Assembly (NCBI GenBank): GCA_964036045.1
Contig: OZ038379.1
Location: 31,992,001 to 32,056,000, forward strand
Reading direction: 5' to 3'
Length of the DNA stretch: 64,000 nt
DNA from: Eutreptiella sp. 'Long Island Sound 2002'
Lineage: Eukaryota; Protista; Euglenida
The number at the start of each line of letters is the position of its first letter. The first letter of the stretch is position 1. A program made the position numbers and the translations under genes. Below the pieces are notes generated by a model. It had not been told where the DNA came from and made no database searches. It was given only the letters and a program-made list of their open reading frames with translations. This document shows positions 60,331-64,000 of the stretch, piece by piece.

Positions 60331-61099
60331 GGTTTGGGGGGAGGGGGGTCTCCCCCCCCCCCCCCAAGGGGGGGCGGGTGTGCTGAGTTTTTAGAGTTGC
60401 CAAAACAAATTTTTTGTGAGCCAACATGAAAAAGTGGGATCCAAGCCTAGTTTGCCCTAGATTACTGGAATGTATACAACAGGGTTGGAACCTGTGCATC
60501 CACCTCTGAAAGCAGGTATATGTACTATTAGGGCACTGCATACAGCGGTCACAGTGACTTTCATGTATGGCATAAAGACCAAAATCCAATTTTCGTAGCG
60601 AAAAATCTGACAATTTATGTGTGCAATCCCTCCCTTTCATGAACATAGATGTCATAGATGTAGTACAAGCACCTAATAAAATGCAACATACAAACAGAGG
60701 TAACAAGTGGCACACAAATTGGCCCAGGTAGGACACATTGCATACTGTTTTTTGATTGACGAATGTCATCCACAATGATATCTAGAGCGGCGTCGTGGCC
60801 TTCATGACGGATAAACTCCACGTAGCAATCGAAATACTTCGCCAGAAACCCGAGGACGAAGTCCTGGGTTTCCTCGTCCATGGGCCAAACACCTCCACGA
60901 AGGGCAATGACATTTGTGCTACTGACAAGCCTCCAAGGGTATATTCATCCAATAATCCTACCCTGTGCACTACAATGTACTAACAACTCAGCTACCGCCC
61001 ATGGCTGCCAACAATGTGTAACAGGGCACTCAAGGCCTACAGGTGATGTCGAGAAAACAGGCCCAATCCACTACTGGCCCACCACTACTACTGCCAACG

Positions 61100-61592
61100 T
61101 GCTGTACCAGTGAAACCAGTGAAACCCTTGCGCAAAGCAAAGAAATCTAATGCATGTGTCCAATGCATGTCATGTGCCCTTGTAATGCTGCACAAGCGCC
61201 AGAAGCGCCAGAAAAAGCGCCAGAAAAAGCGCCAGAAGCGCAAAAAACAGTGCCAGAAAAGGTTCCGGGTTCTTTGTGACCGTGTCCAATGCATGTCATG
61301 TGCACTTGTAACACTGAAAAACCGCCAGAGAAAGCGCCACAAGCTCCAGAAAAAGCGCCACAAAAGCGCCACAAGTGCCAGAAAAAGCGCCAGAAAAAGC
61401 GCCACAAGCGCAGAAAACGGCGCCACAAAAGGTTCCGGGTTGTTTGTGATTGTGTCCAATGCATGTCATGTGCACTTGTAATACTGAAAAAACGCCAGAG
61501 AAAGCGCCAGAAGCTCCAGAAAAAGCGCCACAAAAGCGCCAGAAGCGCCAGAAAAGCGCCAGAAAAAGCGCCAGAAAAAGCGCCAGAAAAAG
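61100..61592. repeat. 10-12-bp AAAAAGCGCCAG repeats within longer higher-order units (GTGTCCAATGCATGTCATGTGC recurs three times)
   Basis: Read directly from the sequence. Confidence 0.9.
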
Positions 61593-61663
61593 TGTCAGAT
61601 GTGGGTATTGAACCCATGACCTCACCCCTGTGAGCACCCGCATGTACCAACTCGGCTATGACA
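61593..61663 (-). pseudogene. tRNA-derived pseudogene or SINE head (Val-CAC-like loop)
   Basis: A box TAGCCGAGTTGG, B box GGTTCAATACC with T stem TGGG/CCCA, loop CTCACAG, acceptor remnants TGTCA..T/ATCTGACA, followed at once by CTTTTT. The anticodon stem does not pair. Confidence 0.6.
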
Positions 61664-62046
61664 TGTCTCTGCTGACATTTGGCTTTTTGGTGGTATAGAT
61701 TCTGAACATATTTTGGTGATTGGGGTCACTACGCAATGCCCTGCTGAGGGTTTTCTACCAAAAAAGGTCCGCCCCGCACAATGGCCCATACAGTGGTAAA
61801 TTTTGCCCCGAACAGGGGGAGGGGGGTTACCGGAGGGCACCCAAAATCCCAAAAAATAGCACGCAGACCCCCCCCCCCCCGGGGGTAGGCCTCCAAACGT
61901 CAATCAATTGCCTGTGCAACAACTACGAAAAGACACACAACACAATTTCAAATGGCCCCACCAAATGGGGCAAGCAGTGGTGTTGAAAAACACCGTGTTC
62001 GACACAAAGTGTGCCAGTCTTCATGGAAACGGCATTCAGGACCCTC

Positions 62047-62403
62047 TCAAAAGTCAGAGTCCGAGGAAGACTCAAACTCCCGGAACGAAGGTGGTGGTGT
62101 CGGTGACCATTGTAGAGATGGGGCATCCCACCCACTATCAGACCCAGAGTCCGACACATCTGCCGCCACCATGTCTTCCTGTGTGTCTTGCAAGAGTGGA
62201 ACGTAGTATTGTAAATTGTTGTCCCACACTACTTGGTTGCAACGGGGGCAAGATCCATCATTCTTGAACGGGCAACCACAAGGAGCACAGTGCAATCGCC
62301 CCTTTGTGCACCAGCCTGCAGCATCCAAAGGCCACAAGCAGCCCTCACAACGCTGAAATGCAGACATATAGTGCTCCTGTACAGGATAACAAGCATGGCA
62401 CAA
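62047..62403 (-). CDS. Small Cys-rich plus acidic ORF, probable zinc-binding element-associated protein or exon
   Basis: CHAC...CEGC...HCAPCGC...CPRC followed by a DSDSGSDSGW...SSSDSDF acidic tail; coding status untested. Confidence 0.4.
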   Translation of the reverse strand: MCHACYPVQEHYMSAFQRCEGCLWPLDAAGWCTKGRLHCAPCGCPFKNDGSCPRCNQVVWDNNLQYYVPLLQDTQEDMVAADVSDSGSDSGWDAPSLQWSPTPPPSFREFESSSDSDF

Positions 62404-63463
62404 TCAATGTAGTAGTTTACTATGAAAGGCAAGAGTGTACAACATAGTCACAAAGCAACACAAGTGCACCCTGTAGCAGGGTGCACAGCAACAGTGGCTG
62501 CACCATGACTTTTGCCGTGTCCACTTTCACATCAGCAACATCCCATTCTATTATGTGGTGTTGTTCCCTTCTCCTGTTCTAATCTCTTCTTTACAACTGC
62601 TTGCATCCATGTACTTTGCTGCAAGTATTCTCTTCCTTCCTTTCACCCTTCTTGTCAACACTTCTTGCTAATACATGCTGACATGCAACACACAAATTTG
62701 GAACTCTACAGAACACCTGTTGGCACAACGTCACAACACAACACCGCAAGGGAGAGGGGGTTTCGACGGTGCTGCAGGTCAATGAGTCTGTCCTCTGTGG
62801 CCTATGCTGAGGTTTTCCCTAACAAATTCCTTTACAAAGCCGTCACAAAAGAGTGCAAAACAGGAGGGGCTGGGTGCAATTCCTGAGTAATGAACCATGT
62901 GAATCGTAACACATACACACCACAAAAAATTTTTAAAGTCTTCAACATCCCTGACCTGTTAAAGTCACTGAATGTGTGGAACCCGAAGGCTGGGGGCAAA
63001 CAAGGCGGGGGTGGCCCTGGCGGGGAGGGCAGGAGAGGAACTTACAGGTTTTTATTTTTATATCCCACCATGCTCTCTTGGACCCCTTGGGTGCCTGGGC
63101 GTCCTCTCCTCCCCCCCTTGTAGGGCAAGAAGGTGAAACCTGCCTGCCCAGGCACCCAGCCATCAGACAGCACCAGTTTAACATTGAAAGAGACAGTCCC
63201 GAAAAAAGAAAAAATGAAATTTGCGAAAGCGGTGCTGCCAGTGGCCCCCTTGCGTTTAACAGACTTTTGTTTGTTTCCTTGACTGGGAATGGGTTGTGCC
63301 AAAGGCACCGGAGGTCGGGGAAGGGGTCGAGAGCAAGGGGGAGGGGCTTAAGGGGTATGTTGACCCGTAACTGCCTGACAAGGTCCCCCCCGTAGGGGGA
63401 CCTGCAGAGATAGTGGGGGGTGAAGAATTGCACTTGTATCCGCCTGTTTTCCCTCCAAAAATT

Positions 63464-63718
63464 GGACTCTGGGATTGCAGTCCATTCCTACACAGGCATA
63501 CAAATGTGGATGAGTTGGACTCTGGGATTGCAGTCCATTCCTACACAGGCATACAAATGTGGATGAGTTGGACTCTGGTATTGCAGTCCATTCCTACACA
63601 GGCATACAAATGTGGAGGAGTTGGACTCTGAGATTGCAGTCCATTCCTACACAGGCATACAAATGTGGAGGAGTTGGACTCTGGCATTGCAGTCCATTCC
63701 TACACAGGCATACAAATG
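63464..63718 (+). repeat. 53-bp tandem repeat (4.8 units)
   Basis: Unit GGACTCTGGGATTGCAGTCCATTCCTACACAGGCATACAAATGTGGATGAGTT at 63464, 63517, 63570, 63623, 63676. Confidence 0.97.
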
Positions 63719-64000
63719 TTTTGTTTCCCCGGGTAACCAGTACCTCATATACCAGACTCACCTGACGACAGGGCTTGACAATTCGCTCCTGCATAGCCAA
63801 TGCAGGGCGCTAAGGGGCAGTCTTAACTTCACGGCATCAGCGCCGCAAAGAAAGATTGCTGTTTTGCAGAAACAAACCAGAGCCGCCATAGGCATTGTTG
63901 ACCCCTCGGGTTTCCATCCCGGCGCCAACCCCCGTTTGCTTCTTAGGCTGAAAATTGCCGCGCCAAAATAGCAGAAAACGAAAATAAACGAAATAATTGC

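Noticed and set aside
61088-61650. Lys/Arg-rich and hydrophobic ORFs
   Set aside because: Translations of the AAAAAGCGCCAG repeat array.

Overview
Eukaryotic, repeat-rich genomic DNA, probably from a euglenid such as Eutreptiella (inferred from GTRY splice donors and a VIPER/TATE-type element; not verifiable from the sequence alone). The window has three main components. (1) One large + strand gene spans at least 424-48836. I assembled 16 GT-AG exons (about 3.3 kb CDS, about 1,090 aa, 5' end outside the window). They encode 4.5 tandem ~81-aa helical repeats followed by a Pro/Ser-rich tail with nine [GA]-L-F-acidic motifs reminiscent of FAM21/WASHC2 LFa motifs. One tail exon is present in three copies. 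(2) The introns hold mobile DNA: a 9.8-kb foldback/MULE-like element carrying a 7-kb 48-bp TTAGGG-containing satellite, hAT- and MULE-type MITEs with clean TSDs, a decayed APE-RT LINE with an unusual insertion inside the RT, and a retroposon with an (ATGACACC)3 tail. (3) From about 49.1 kb onward there is a decayed KDZ (Kyakuja-Dileera-Zisupton) transposase gene on the - strand, flanked by layered tandem and palindromic arrays. It is interrupted by a full-length 5-kb tyrosine-recombinase retrotransposon (gag-YR-RT-RH, split direct repeats A1..B1-A2-B2) integrated at an AACCC core. No CRISPR array, rRNA gene or intact tRNA gene was found. Most ORFs in the supplied track are artefacts of repeats.
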